Shown: positions 41,501-52,214, counted from the first letter of the stretch. The stretch: 64,000 nucleotides of DNA from Nitrosopumilaceae archaeon (GCA_965209085.1 OZ242376.1:832001-896000); one strand, 5' to 3'. The notes: a model not told the origin generated them from the letters alone. Program-made: numbers and translations.

Positions 41501-41797
41501 CACTGGAAGCCCCTGCGTGTCCCAGCCTGCGGTGAATTTTACATTAGCTCCCAAAAGCGTATTGTATCTAAACCACAAATCCTTTATCACCCTGCCGCGC
41601 ATATGGCCCGCATGGGGCACCCCGTTCATGGTGGGCGGCCCTTCGATAAAACGCATCTTTGGCCCATGGGATCTTTTCTCTGCAAGCTTTGCGCGCAAAT
41701 CTGCAACATTTACCCTCGCCCGGACCTCATCTTCCATCTCTATTAGATCAAACTTTTCATCTAGAGTCATTGTCACTAGGGCATCGGTGCGTGCCAT
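38564..41797 (-). CDS. ileS: Isoleucyl-tRNA synthetase
   Basis: GPP..NG.PHAGH, WTT.P, WCISRERYWG, EGIDQTRGW, KMSKS. Confidence 0.96.
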   Translation of the reverse strand: MARTDALVTMTLDEKFDLIEMEDEVRARVNVADLRAKLAEKRSHGPKMRFIEGPPTMNGVPHAGHMRGRVIKDLWFRYNTLLGANVKFTAGWDTQGLPVELQAEKQLGISGGKKGIEEFGIEKLVAECKRLVYEYNKEWIKADEQIGISFDYNGAYWTMDDEYIQREWQILRHANERKILGLDYTVIAYCPGCQSSLSHAEVNQRYEEVLDPSMYYKVRFKESGAYAIVWTTMPFTMVTDAMIGFNPEGVYKFLKVGGETWIIGEQMLNEVLKAAKVDKYEVIKTVKGEYFEGKKYEHPLLDKIPELAKFALDEGYHIAVSEKFVEIDSGSGIVHLSPANGEEDIRIAEKRKIPVFCPIDDEVKFTKDAGSYYGMFVRDADAKISEDLKSRGALVALRKIRHKYPLCWRSAHRLVWLARRGWFYKLGKFGQMAVDAANNAEYFYDQPKNRFLAIVGEKHPWCISRERYWGCPLPAWNCADCGNRDWFYSREQIVEAAIELPDGENFELHRPWIDRVKTKCSKCNSANTSREPYVLDTWHNSGAAPFASSDDAEYAKTVPVPFLTEGIDQTRGWAYTLLIENVILSGKSESPFASFLFQGHVLDEKGGKMSKSLGNVLDAVKIAKESSADLLRLYFTLKSSPIEPLSFSEKEMRTRSYQILSTLYHMHLYFKQNSECDPYNPAEHTVQWADGKNLLQSPDIWILSKLQNLSEQVSKMYSACKFHEAARRIDEFVIGMLSQTYVPITREQIWDESDSNLNRRLAIYATLGHVLNTIDVILHPVCPFTTDYLYDKVFDGTENILLQKWPKIDANLVNAEIESSFDILQLAVSVGGAARMNGALKRRWPLEEAIVCLHKGLKVKIENHMELLRSLLNVEKVTVLEYAKEDGLGQLDEIQKMGAPVAAAAKLDRKKMGPRAKEFMPELAKAFTESDKQEIARAILRDSKYTFSLGGGRCKIDVRAEDAEFGFISKDGWCLAKREGTVVFLSSERSEELTARGLLKDLARRIQSLRKEKGYTPTDVLETASILGLDKKQEIAIFNMQKDLAFLVRIKNVDFKGMDLQYKDEDVDGQKIQIGII

Positions 41798-41866
41798 CTA
41801 AATTAGTCTTTAAAACCAACTTTTGTACATTGTTGGATTATATGCGGGACTGATACAGATGCGCCC

Positions 41867-43105
41867 GTGAACGCACTAGTTGTAGGCTCTGGCGGGAGGG
41901 AGCATGCCTTTGCTATGGCACTAAAAACTAGTCTGAAATTGGAGTGCGTATACGTTGCCCCAGGAAACGGCGGTACTGAAAACAACGTGCCGATAAAGGA
42001 TACTGACATTGCAGCACTAGCTGATTTTGCATCAAAAAACGACTGTTTTACACTAGTGGGCCCTGAAACTGCAATCGTTGCCGGAATTGCAGATGAATTT
42101 GCAAAAAAAAATCTGCCAATATTTGCCCCAAGCTGCGCTGCATCAAAGATTGAATCAAGCAAATCCTGGGCCAAAGATTTCATGTCGCGGCATAAGATAC
42201 CCACTGCAGAATACGGAGTGTTTGAAAATACAAAAGATGCGATGGAATTTTCAAAGAATCTTGATTACTGCGTGGTGATAAAAGCTGACGGACTAGCTGC
42301 CGGCAAAGGCGTCATCATATGCGACAGCAAAGAGCAGACGCTTGAATCCATAGAGGCAATGTTTGGCGGAAAATTTGGCAGTGCCGGTTGCCGCATAGTA
42401 GTTGAGCGGCGCATAATTGGACCCGAAGCGTCGTTTATTGCAATCTGTGATGGCAAATCCCACATGCAGCTTGCAACAAGCCAGGATCACAAACGGATTG
42501 GTGATAAAAATACTGGTCTAAACACTGGCGGAATGGGCGCATACTCGCCATCCTCTGTAATAGATGCAGAGAATGAAAAAAAACTAAACGAGATTATGGC
42601 AAAGACTGTAACTGCGATGAGTGATGAGGGCAATGCGTTTGTAGGATTTTTGTATGCTGGAGTAATATTTGAAAACAATATGCCATACGTTTTAGAGTTT
42701 AACGCCAGGATGGGGGATCCGGAATGTCAGGCGATACTGCCGCGCATGGACTCTGATCTCTTTGAATACATGCATGCGTGCACTGCCGGAAACCTTGATC
42801 AAATGCTTCCAATAAAATGGAAAAAACAGGCATCAGTATGCGTTATACTCTCATCCAAAGGGTATCCTGAAAAATATCCCACAGGGGATGAGATATATGG
42901 AATAAACAATGCTGCTTGCGTGGCGCGCATATATCATGCTGGCACGCAAAACAAAAACGGCAAAATCTTAACAAACGGGGGCAGAGTTTTGGGAGTTACA
43001 TCCCTTGGCGATTCCATATCTGATGCATCATCTGCTGCATACAGGGCATGCGGTATGATTGAATGGCCAGGCAAATACTGCCGAACAGATATTGGACGCA
43101 TCTAG
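41867..43105 (+). CDS. purD: Phosphoribosylamine-glycine ligase
   Basis: GSGGREHA, KADGLAAGKGV, QDHKR, EFNARMGDPE. Confidence 0.96.
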   Translation: MNALVVGSGGREHAFAMALKTSLKLECVYVAPGNGGTENNVPIKDTDIAALADFASKNDCFTLVGPETAIVAGIADEFAKKNLPIFAPSCAASKIESSKSWAKDFMSRHKIPTAEYGVFENTKDAMEFSKNLDYCVVIKADGLAAGKGVIICDSKEQTLESIEAMFGGKFGSAGCRIVVERRIIGPEASFIAICDGKSHMQLATSQDHKRIGDKNTGLNTGGMGAYSPSSVIDAENEKKLNEIMAKTVTAMSDEGNAFVGFLYAGVIFENNMPYVLEFNARMGDPECQAILPRMDSDLFEYMHACTAGNLDQMLPIKWKKQASVCVILSSKGYPEKYPTGDEIYGINNAACVARIYHAGTQNKNGKILTNGGRVLGVTSLGDSISDASSAAYRACGMIEWPGKYCRTDIGRI

Positions 43106-43674
43106 ATTAATCTTTTGTATGTGTGCCTTTCAGTTATAATCATGTCAAGGGGAACGTCGTTTTGATCCAAAGGCATGGATTTTACAATCTGTGATTGAAA
43201 AACAAGCCCGATTGTAAAGGCTTTATTTTCCCCAAGATACCTGTCATAACACCCTTTGCCGTATCCGATTCTATGGCATTTTTTTGTAGCGCATACTGCC
43301 GGGACGAGCATAACCTCATGTTTTGTGCACCGTACGCATCTCTCATGCGGCTCTAAAATGCCGTATCTGCCCATCTCAAGTGAATCCATGCTTGAAATTT
43401 TGTAAAAACCAACCTCATCATTTAGTGCCGTTCTTGGAAGGCACAAATTTGTACCGCGTGCAAGAACATCGCGCAATATATCCACAGTATACACCTCGCT
43501 GCCGTTTGAATGATACCCAGCTACTGTATCAGCTTTTGTAAATTCTGGCACGCGCCAAAGACGGGCGCGTATTGCATTGCAGTGTATCTTTGCAAGGTTT
43601 GATGATATGTTGTCCCTGCGCCGCATGTATTCCTCGCGCAGGGATTTTTTCTCAGCCGTCAATGCTCCGTCCAA
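43102..43674 (-). CDS. 5-formyltetrahydrofolate cyclo-ligase
   Basis: YGILEP, RIGYGKGCYDRYL. Confidence 0.9.
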   Translation of the reverse strand: MDGALTAEKKSLREEYMRRRDNISSNLAKIHCNAIRARLWRVPEFTKADTVAGYHSNGSEVYTVDILRDVLARGTNLCLPRTALNDEVGFYKISSMDSLEMGRYGILEPHERCVRCTKHEVMLVPAVCATKKCHRIGYGKGCYDRYLGENKAFTIGLVFQSQIVKSMPLDQNDVPLDMIITERHTYKRLI

Positions 43675-44515
43675 GGGATGCAGCAGTGATTGTATTTTTT
43701 AACAGCATTGCCACCGTCATAGGACCCACTCCTCCGGGAACCGGGGTTGCATGGGATGCTTTTTGTATAATTTTTTCATAATCACAGTCCCCTGTGAGCG
43801 CACCATCATATCTTGTAATTGCAACATCCACTATTATTGCCCCCTCTTTTATCATCTCTGATTTTAATTCAAATTTTTCCCTGTTGCCTACTGCTGTAAC
43901 TATAATGTCAGCCTTTGAGGTATATGATGAAAGATTTTTTGTCATCGAATGGCACATTGAGACTGTGGCGTTTTTTGATAAAAATAAATTTTGTACGGGT
44001 TTTCCAACTAGTGCGCTGCGGTTTATTATTACAGCATTCATTCCTGAAATGTTTATCCCGTAATGATCTAAAATCTCCATAATGCCCGATGGTGTGCACG
44101 GGGTAAGCGCGGATTCACCGTATGCCAACAGCCCCACGTTGTACGGGGTCAGACCGTCAACATCCTTTAGCGGGGATATGCGCGATGTTATTGAAAAATC
44201 GTTTATCCCATCTGGAAGAGGAAGCTGCACTAGTATGCCGTGCACCATTGAATCCGAATTTAACTCTCCGATTAGCTTTTCAAGCTCTGCCTTTGTAGTG
44301 GATTGAGATAATCTGTGATCCCTTGTGGTTATGCCAACCTCAGAGCACGCCTTGTGTTTGTTGCGTACGTATGTTGCCGATGATGCATCATCGCCTACCA
44401 ATACCGTTGCAAGACAGGGTTGGACTCCTTCATTTTTTAGATGGGCGACTGCTTTTTTTACAGCCTGTTTTATCTTCTCTGAGACTATGACTCCGTCAAG
44501 TTTTATGCCGGACAT
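43652..44515 (-). CDS. folD: Methylenetetrahydrofolate dehydrogenase/cyclohydrolase
   Basis: GILVQLPLP, KDVDG, PCTP, PVPGGVGPMT. Confidence 0.96.
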   Translation of the reverse strand: MSGIKLDGVIVSEKIKQAVKKAVAHLKNEGVQPCLATVLVGDDASSATYVRNKHKACSEVGITTRDHRLSQSTTKAELEKLIGELNSDSMVHGILVQLPLPDGINDFSITSRISPLKDVDGLTPYNVGLLAYGESALTPCTPSGIMEILDHYGINISGMNAVIINRSALVGKPVQNLFLSKNATVSMCHSMTKNLSSYTSKADIIVTAVGNREKFELKSEMIKEGAIIVDVAITRYDGALTGDCDYEKIIQKASHATPVPGGVGPMTVAMLLKNTITAASLGRSIDG

Positions 44516-44574
44516 GTAAGAGATGGCATTTTTCTTATCTTAATACGTTTGCGCAGGGTCTGCTACAATCATCA

Positions 44575-45528
44575 CTATAGCGCAAAAGCGTCAATACCGC
44601 ATACATTGCGTACGGTACGGGCAAATTCCTGGGTAAATCCGTGCACCGTATAGACCGTTTTTGCCCCCGAATCTGCCACCATTTGCAGCAGTTCTGTGTA
44701 ATCGCAGTGGTCACTGTATGGAAACATTTTATCACATCTGCGGCCAAGTTTGTGGCCCCGCACAGCAGACCAGCCGCTAAATCCGACAGTTACTGCACCA
44801 TATTGTGATTTTAGACGTTTTAGAAAACTATCGCTAGATGGGAGCATGGGTGTGACTAAAACCCAGGGGCCTTTTTGAATGGCATTTGATTTTTCAGCAT
44901 CCTGAAAGGATACAGCATCCGGAATATCCAAACCCAGCGACCTGCACACGTTGTTTATTTTTTTTACGCGTTCATGATAGTACAGGGGTTTCCAGTGCCC
45001 AAACATTTTACATATGGTCTGTACTTTACCCACCTCGTATCCCATCAATATGACAGGAATGCCGCGCGAATACATCTCCGATATGGTTCTATTTGCATCC
45101 TCGATTATTCCATCTATGGGCGGAAACGTGAACTGTGGCATCCCAAACGTACATTCTGTGATCAGAATATCACATTTTGGAATTTTTGCACCGTTTATGC
45201 CCGGTCTGTGACGGGTACAAATATCGCCCGTATAAAACACATCATCAAATAACAGTCCACACCCCCCTAGTATATGGCCGCTGTGAATCATTTCCATACC
45301 ATCGTATTGCTGTATGTTGTTTTCAATTATCCTGCCGCGGCTTTTGGCAATTTCAACAGTTTCCTTTGTGCATAAAACGGTCCCGACTGATCCTGCCGTG
45401 GGGAGATGATCCATATGAGCATGCGATGTAAAATTTATCCCATCCTGTGCCTTTTTTGGATCTAATCTTACAGAGATGTCCCCGCCGCCGTATTTTATGC
45501 CGTTTGCATCAGTAGTTATGTCCATCAT
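44575..45528 (-). CDS. MBL-fold (beta-CASP-like) exonuclease
   Basis: SHAHMDH, SGHILG, TGD, ECTFG, SDH, VHG. Confidence 0.85.
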   Translation of the reverse strand: MMDITTDANGIKYGGGDISVRLDPKKAQDGINFTSHAHMDHLPTAGSVGTVLCTKETVEIAKSRGRIIENNIQQYDGMEMIHSGHILGGCGLLFDDVFYTGDICTRHRPGINGAKIPKCDILITECTFGMPQFTFPPIDGIIEDANRTISEMYSRGIPVILMGYEVGKVQTICKMFGHWKPLYYHERVKKINNVCRSLGLDIPDAVSFQDAEKSNAIQKGPWVLVTPMLPSSDSFLKRLKSQYGAVTVGFSGWSAVRGHKLGRRCDKMFPYSDHCDYTELLQMVADSGAKTVYTVHGFTQEFARTVRNVCGIDAFAL

Positions 45529-45640
45529 GCATTAAAATTTTACTTTTGATATAAACTTCAGGTTTTAATTTATCTCATGTAAAATATGCAGTAATTTGAC
45601 ACATTTTACAAAAACGCATAATTATGAGCCGTATTCAAAC

Positions 45641-46264
45641 ATGCTTGTGCATCGCCTTGGAATTCTCATATCTGGACGCGGCTCAAACATGACTGCCATT
45701 TTAAAAGCAATCAAAGCTGGAAAAATTCATGCCGTACCGGCGGTGGTGATATCCAACAAACCCGACGCTCAGGGTCTTAAAATTGCAGAATCATTTGGAG
45801 TGCCAACTGCTGTCATACAAAGCCGGAATTTTCATGGGAGCCGGGACGAGTACGACCATCTTATTGAAGCTGAATTGAAAAAACACGGAGTTGGTGTACG
45901 TAATGGAATAGTATGCCTTGCGGGATTTATGAGAATACTTGGATCAAAATTCGTAAAGCGGCACAAAAATAAAATTTTAAACATACATCCGGCATTACTT
46001 CCTGCATTTCCTGGCATGGATGCACAAAAACAGGCCATCAAATACGGGGCAAAATTCTCAGGATGTACGGTTCATTTTGTGGATTCTGGAGTTGATACAG
46101 GTCCTATAATACTTCAAAGCATAGTCTCAATTAATCCAAGAGATACTGTAAAAACACTATCTGCAAAAATATTAAAAGAAGAGCACAAACTATACCCAAA
46201 GGCCGTACAATTACTGGCATCAGGAAGAGTGCGAATTTATAACAGACGTGCAATCCTGTCATGA
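45641..46264 (+). CDS. purN: Phosphoribosylglycinamide formyltransferase
   Basis: ISGRGSNM, LAGFMRIL, NIHPALLP, GCTVHFV..VDTGP. Confidence 0.95.
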   Translation: MLVHRLGILISGRGSNMTAILKAIKAGKIHAVPAVVISNKPDAQGLKIAESFGVPTAVIQSRNFHGSRDEYDHLIEAELKKHGVGVRNGIVCLAGFMRILGSKFVKRHKNKILNIHPALLPAFPGMDAQKQAIKYGAKFSGCTVHFVDSGVDTGPIILQSIVSINPRDTVKTLSAKILKEEHKLYPKAVQLLASGRVRIYNRRAILS

Positions 46265-46482
46265 TTTCACATATGTAAAAATACAATGGTGTAAAATCAC
46301 ATTAGAGTTTATCGTATGAGGTAGGCCATTTCACAACCTGCCTAATTTTGACATTTTAACTAAAACGATATTAAAATATCCAATTTGGCGACAATTTTGA
46401 TTCCAAAGATTTAGATCATCCAACAAAGTGGACGAATTATGAGAAACATCCACGAGATGATCCACTATGAGTAAAAAGCACT

Positions 46483-47833
46483 AGACCTTATGCATAATTA
46501 ACCAAAAAATCAATTTTGACAAATCGAAAGATCTATGATCTAGTATCACATTCGTACAGCATGTGTGCCCCAGACAAGCGTATAATCGCCCAGCAAACAG
46601 AGATGATCTCCAAGCTTGAAGCAGAAATTCAACACTACAAAAAAACGATACATGATAATGAGGTCGAAAAGCAACAATCTGCCTACGAATATTTGAACCA
46701 CATAATTGATGATGACAATTATTTGTACGGGACGACTGGAATGAACCGTGAAGAGTTTGAATGGATTCAGGAACGGTTTGAAAAAGTTATCGAATATTCG
46801 CCCAAGGTCCCCCGCTTTTCAGATTATGTCGACGATCCTGGAAACACCTGTATCCTTACCGTAAAGCAAGTTTTGTTTATCAGTGCCGCAAACGCAATAA
46901 TCTCAAACAGGTAGCACTTGCGTTCATTGCAGACGTTGATCAGAGCACCATTAGCAGATATCTGACCTTTTCTGATGAACTATTGATGGATATTCTTCCA
47001 ACGGCTAAGAATATTGGTGCTGCAATACGGACAATACGTGCAATCGAGTTGTTTAAAAAATTCGTACCCGGCAGGGGTGGCGGCGAGTTGTATCTTGATG
47101 CTACGTTTGTACAGGTTCAAAGACCGCAGGAGAATCAAGAGGCAGTATACTCTGGAAAGCGTAAGAGGCACGTCTACAACGTACAGATAACCTCCAACAA
47201 AGATGGAGTGGTATGTGACATTGGTGGACCTGAAGAGGGCTCAGTACATGACATGGAGGTACTGCGGCGTAATCCGCCAAATTTTGGCAAATGGACCGAT
47301 GGCATGAAAAATTCGGATACAAACAAAGAGCGACAAATTATGCTATATACTGACAAGGGATACTTGTCCGTGGAAAAAGACTATCCTGGAATTATCTCAA
47401 AGCAACCGTACAAAAAACCAAAGGGCAGAGGATTGACAGAGACAGAACGCGAATACAGCAAGAGAATCAGTCGTAAGCGCATAAAAGTAGAGCATGCCAT
47501 AAACTGGCTCAAATGGTTTCGTAGAATGAGTGCCATATATGATGACACAATGGATGCGTTTTATACAGAAATCCAAGTGGTTACAGGACTGACCAATCTG
47601 CACATCATGTTAAAGGATCGCAAGTATATCGAATCGTTGGAAAAAGTTTGCGCTCAAATCAAGTAGCACATTTTTGTGCACACGATCACGCATAATATTC
47701 TGCTTTTTGTCATGCATATGATATTTTGATTTATTTTGTTGTCTGCTTGAAGGTTTTAGGCCATGTGTACTTTGATCATGGCAGTGTCATAGTAGGAACC
47801 GTATGTCTTTGCAGTTGATTATGCATGAACTCT
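46483..47833 (+). mobile_element. IS5/ISL2-like element, copy 3 (frameshift near 46880)
   Basis: IRs AGACCTTATGCATAAT and ATTATGCATGAACTCT; ORFs 46516-46914 and 46983-47666. Confidence 0.9.
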
Positions 47834-47982
47834 AATACGTATTAAACGCATTTCCAGAAAACGGCGGTACAATTTAACGCACCGGATGCAAACCTAACAG
47901 ACGAATCATTTAAACCTGTCATGAATATTGAAAAAAAACACATGGGGCAAATAACTGACATATTGTACGGGGAGCGATAACC

Positions 47983-48375
47983 ATATCTGCAACATCTCCA
48001 AGGAACGCACTTCAAATTGGGTTTAAAGTCTCCGTTGGAAACAATCTCTCCGGGGGAATATTTAGGCGGCACCTTGCACCGCTTACGGTTGGCGCATTAC
48101 AGCGCGCGCTCCCGTTCAAAAGTAATGCGGCAAGATTGGATAAAAACATCATATATGTAACATCCCCAGTTACCGTAGGAATAGAGCGTCCGCGTACTGA
48201 ATTTACAGCCGGTGATGTGGCATTTTTGCCATCAAATGCAAGCGTATGTTTTTTTACAGAAAATCTCACCACAAAAAGACCTATGAGCCCTGTGGGTAAA
48301 ATAACTGAAAACCTATCTGCAATATCTGATGTTAAAGTAGGGGATCTTGTATCAATTTACTCTGAGGGTTTGTAG
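47983..48375 (+). CDS. Cyclophilin-like fold (TM1367/DUF369-type) protein
   Basis: RHLAPLTV...LP...GDVAFLP....CFF; reading frame open from 47959; start uncertain. Confidence 0.7.
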   Translation: MSATSPRNALQIGFKVSVGNNLSGGIFRRHLAPLTVGALQRALPFKSNAARLDKNIIYVTSPVTVGIERPRTEFTAGDVAFLPSNASVCFFTENLTTKRPMSPVGKITENLSAISDVKVGDLVSIYSEGL

Positions 48376-48662
48376 ATTCTGTGGCCGCTGTGTCCGCCGG
48401 CTATGGTCATTTTACCCTGCAAGACTGCATTTTTCAAATATACGTTTGCTGCTGAAATTTTAACACCGCATTGTCTTGCAACATCACTAGCGGTTATAAC
48501 TTTGGCACCTTTTAGGCATTTTTGCGTCTGCTCGTCAGTTAACATTACAACAATCTCTGCCTTTTGAGGACCCGAGGATGTATCTTTGGATTTTTTACCT
48601 TTTTTTGCCGCATTTTGTAATTTTTCAGTCTGTGCGGGGGATTTGTTCTTAGAGCTGCCCAT
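48357..48662 (-). CDS. rps25e: 30S ribosomal protein eS25
   Basis: Lys-rich N-terminus, KVIT..DVA...GVKISAAN..L winged-helix pattern. Confidence 0.7.
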   Translation of the reverse strand: MGSSKNKSPAQTEKLQNAAKKGKKSKDTSSGPQKAEIVVMLTDEQTQKCLKGAKVITASDVARQCGVKISAANVYLKNAVLQGKMTIAGGHSGHRIYKPSE

Positions 48663-48744
48663 ACGTTGCATACTATACGTCCTTTTATAAACGAAACAGG
48701 TGTGATTTTTCACGATTATATACGGCAATATCTAATGGGAATGC

Positions 48745-48957
48745 ATGGGACTAGTCTCCAAAGGTGCAAAATGCAATGTATCTGGATGCGACGAGGATGC
48801 GGCACGTTCCATAAACACACAGAGGGTTGAATCTGCCGGATTACAAGTTGAATCATCTGGGAAAAAATCACTATTGTGTAAGACGCATTATAAAGAATGG
48901 AAAAAAGAAACAAAGGACGATCGGGAGATAGAGCGCGCAAGATATGATAAATTCTAG
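48745..48957 (+). CDS. Small Cys/His putative zinc-binding protein
   Basis: CxxxxC...LCKTHYKEWKK. Confidence 0.7.
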   Translation: MGLVSKGAKCNVSGCDEDAARSINTQRVESAGLQVESSGKKSLLCKTHYKEWKKETKDDREIERARYDKF

Positions 48958-50060
48958 CCTTTTGGCGAATATCTCTCATCTAGATTGTCGTAATATTTGT
49001 CCGGTTTTTTAAAATAATCCTCCCGAAGACTCTCGTATAAACTGCCAAGCTGAGGATATAGTTTCTTTGGAGTGCGTTTTTTCTGACTAGATATTACGTA
49101 TAGTGCAAGTATTGGAAATGCGATTGTCGCATCAGCGTATACAGTAACCATTCCAGAGTGCGCATTTTGCACCTTGCCCCAGCTTTTACCCTCCTGCAGT
49201 GTGGCCCCTGAGAGTCCGCCAGTATCGGGGCGCGCATCGGTAATCTGTACAATGTATTCCTGTCCGCCATGACCGCGCCGAAGTATCTGATCCAAAAGCG
49301 GTCCTGTCTGCTGTGCTGTATTTTTTGGCACCCCACCGCCAAGCTCTATAATGCCGGATTTTTTTGACGCCTGCACGATTGCGCCCTGCTCTAGAATTTC
49401 CCGCGCGATATCCACATTGTACACTTTGCCGCGCAGACGGTGCACTGCAAGATTTAGTGCAAGTGATGAATCCTTTAGGGTTGAGACGTACAGCGGGACG
49501 CCGTATTCATGAGCGCACGCAACAAAACTCTTCTCAGGGTGGGGCGCATATTTGGAAGTCATTGCGCCAAGTGCGTTGCTAAATTCCGCAGTCGTAAAGG
49601 GTTTTTCCTGCAAAATATCGATAAACGCCTTTTGTACTATTTGATCCTGTGCCTCTAGTGTTTCATAAAATTTCACAAAAACGTCCCGTATCCGCACAAT
49701 CTCATTTTCATACAATTTTGCATCATCGACTTCAAAGTGTCCCTGTCTTACGGGCAGATTCCACGCAAAATGCTCCTCATGGTATACGTTTGCCCCCGTG
49801 CACACCATCCAGTCAACAAATCCGCGCTCTATGAGCGACTTGAATATTCCGCCAAATCCCACCGGTGTCAGGGCGCCAGATACTGTAAGACAGATGGTGG
49901 CATCCTCTTCAATCATGCGAGCATATGTCTTTGCTGCAATGCCAAGCTGCCTTCCATTATATCCTGTAGCCTCATACATGGATATGAGATCCTCTATACC
50001 CATATCCGGTTCCAGTTTTATGTGGGGTATGCTGTTTCCCTTGAAATTGTGATGATCCAC
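48954..50060 (-). CDS. dys: Deoxyhypusine synthase family protein
   Basis: SGALTP, TGAN, GGGVPKN, GGLSGAT..E..SWGK, ADATIA. Confidence 0.88.
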   Translation of the reverse strand: MDHHNFKGNSIPHIKLEPDMGIEDLISMYEATGYNGRQLGIAAKTYARMIEEDATICLTVSGALTPVGFGGIFKSLIERGFVDWMVCTGANVYHEEHFAWNLPVRQGHFEVDDAKLYENEIVRIRDVFVKFYETLEAQDQIVQKAFIDILQEKPFTTAEFSNALGAMTSKYAPHPEKSFVACAHEYGVPLYVSTLKDSSLALNLAVHRLRGKVYNVDIAREILEQGAIVQASKKSGIIELGGGVPKNTAQQTGPLLDQILRRGHGGQEYIVQITDARPDTGGLSGATLQEGKSWGKVQNAHSGMVTVYADATIAFPILALYVISSQKKRTPKKLYPQLGSLYESLREDYFKKPDKYYDNLDERYSPKG

Positions 50061-50345
50061 GAATCAAAACCGTCCGCGTGTTAATTAACGGTTTTGCAGG
50101 ATTGGTCTTGGCAAAAAATCAAACCCTCATACACCCATGAATTGGCACCTGAAAGGCCTAAGCATGCGGCAAACAAGTCCAATATGTAACGTATAACGCA
50201 TAATGGATTAAATCCAAAGCTTGGATTTACATGATGAATCCTGCATGATCCCCCATCAAACCATACCTTGGGGTAATGATGGGAAAACCCCGTATCCATC
50301 ATATATGTAGCAACATTTAATTCAATTTGCCACTTTGCACCCAAT

Positions 50346-52214
50346 GTGCGCATACTGCAATTGCACTGCGATTCAGCAGAGTATACACCGGTAAAAAAAG
50401 AGATATCTCTGGCAGAAACTCTTGAAAATACCGGTACTAGCCGGTTTGAGGACGTCGTGGTGGCGTTTGTTACGGTGGAAAAAGGCGATGATGAAAAAAC
50501 AGCCTCTGATGCTGCATCGCAGATACTGGAATCTTTGGGCAAAATAGGGTGTAAGAATATACTGCTCTATCCGTATTCGCATCTAGGATCAAACCTCTCA
50601 TCCCCAAATGATGCCCTCCGTATATTGCAGAAACTGGGCCAGGATTTACTGTCTGCAAACCTTAATGTTCACCGCTCGCCGTTTGGATGGACAAAATCAT
50701 ACAGCATCAAGGTAAAGGGCCATCCACTAGCTGAGAGCTTTAAGAGTATAGGCGGTAGCGGCAAACCTGCCGAGGATGCAGAATCATCTGTGGCGTTAAA
50801 ATCTGAATCAAAACTTGAATCTGAATGGCGCATACTTGATACGGAAGGAAACCTGATTTTGATGGACGAGTTTGATTTTACAGGGCATGAAAAATTACAG
50901 GCGCTTGCAAAGTATGAATCGGCAAAAAAACGCACATCTGATGAGGTGCCACCGCACGTACCGCTCATGAAAAAACTGGCAATAGCTGACTATGAGGCAG
51001 CATCTGATAAAGGCAACATGAGATTTTATCCAAATGGCAGGCTGATAAAATCACTCTTGGAAAAATATATCACAGAACAGGTTGTCTCATATGGCGCCTC
51101 TGAAGTTGAAACGCCGCTAATGTATGACTCTAAACATCCTAGCATGGCCAGCTATTTTAACCGATTTCCGGCAAGACAGTACAGCATTGAAACTGAAGGT
51201 AAGAGCATGTTTTTGCGGTTTGCTGCATGCTTTGGCCAGTTTCTAATGGCAGAAGGCATGCAGATATCCTACAAAAACTTACCATACAGACTGTACGAGA
51301 TGACAAGATACAGTTTTAGACGCGAGCAGTCCGGCGAGTTGGTGGGTCTTAGACGTCTTCGTGCGTTTACAATGCCTGACTGTCATGCGTTTTGTGCGGA
51401 CATTGATCAGGCAGTTGGAGAGCTAGGAGAGAGATTTGATCTCTCACGCCGCATTATAACCGGTATCGGACTAAAGCCGGATGATTATGAAATGGCCATA
51501 AGGTTTACTGGGGATTTTTACGCAGATAATAAAAATCTCATAAACGGAATGGTGAAAAAACACGGCAGGCCGGTTTTGGTTGAAATGTGGAAGGAGCGAT
51601 TTTTCTACTTTGTATTAAAATGGGAGTTTAACTATGTGGACGGGGCAGGCAAGGCATCAGCTTTATCAACTGATCAGATTGATGTGGAAAACGGCGCAAG
51701 GTATGGGATAGAATTTATCGACGAGCAAAACATAAAGCGCAATCCTATCATACTGCACAATTCACCAAGCGGGGCTGTGGAACGGGTGATATACGCGCTG
51801 CTTGAAAACGCAGCTAGTAATGCATCGCGCGGAATAAAACCATCCCTTCCATTGTGGCTCTGCCCAACGCAGGTCCGCATCGTTGCAGTAAATTCCGAAT
51901 TTGATCCAGACGCGCAAAAACTTGCAGAAAAGCTGGCAGGTGATTGTATGCGGGCTGACATTGATGATAGAAATGAGAGCATGGGGAGGAGGATACGCGA
52001 GGCTGAAAAAGAATGGATACCCTACACTCTGGTAATCGGTGAGAAAGAGGCTAAAAGTGGAACTTTGAGCGTGCGTGAGCGTGCAACCGGCAAGACTGTA
52101 CAAATGCCCTATGATGAGTTTGTGAATTTGATAAAAAAACAGACTCTTGGAATGCCACATGCGCAATTAAACTCGCCCCTCAGAGTCTCACGCAGACCTC
52201 AAATAATGCTCTAA
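50346..52214 (+). CDS. thrS: Threonyl-tRNA synthetase (archaeal type with editing domain)
   Basis: MRILQLHCD, YPYSHL, PFGW.K, LRFAAC, FRREQ, SGAVER. Confidence 0.96.
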   Translation: MRILQLHCDSAEYTPVKKEISLAETLENTGTSRFEDVVVAFVTVEKGDDEKTASDAASQILESLGKIGCKNILLYPYSHLGSNLSSPNDALRILQKLGQDLLSANLNVHRSPFGWTKSYSIKVKGHPLAESFKSIGGSGKPAEDAESSVALKSESKLESEWRILDTEGNLILMDEFDFTGHEKLQALAKYESAKKRTSDEVPPHVPLMKKLAIADYEAASDKGNMRFYPNGRLIKSLLEKYITEQVVSYGASEVETPLMYDSKHPSMASYFNRFPARQYSIETEGKSMFLRFAACFGQFLMAEGMQISYKNLPYRLYEMTRYSFRREQSGELVGLRRLRAFTMPDCHAFCADIDQAVGELGERFDLSRRIITGIGLKPDDYEMAIRFTGDFYADNKNLINGMVKKHGRPVLVEMWKERFFYFVLKWEFNYVDGAGKASALSTDQIDVENGARYGIEFIDEQNIKRNPIILHNSPSGAVERVIYALLENAASNASRGIKPSLPLWLCPTQVRIVAVNSEFDPDAQKLAEKLAGDCMRADIDDRNESMGRRIREAEKEWIPYTLVIGEKEAKSGTLSVRERATGKTVQMPYDEFVNLIKKQTLGMPHAQLNSPLRVSRRPQIML

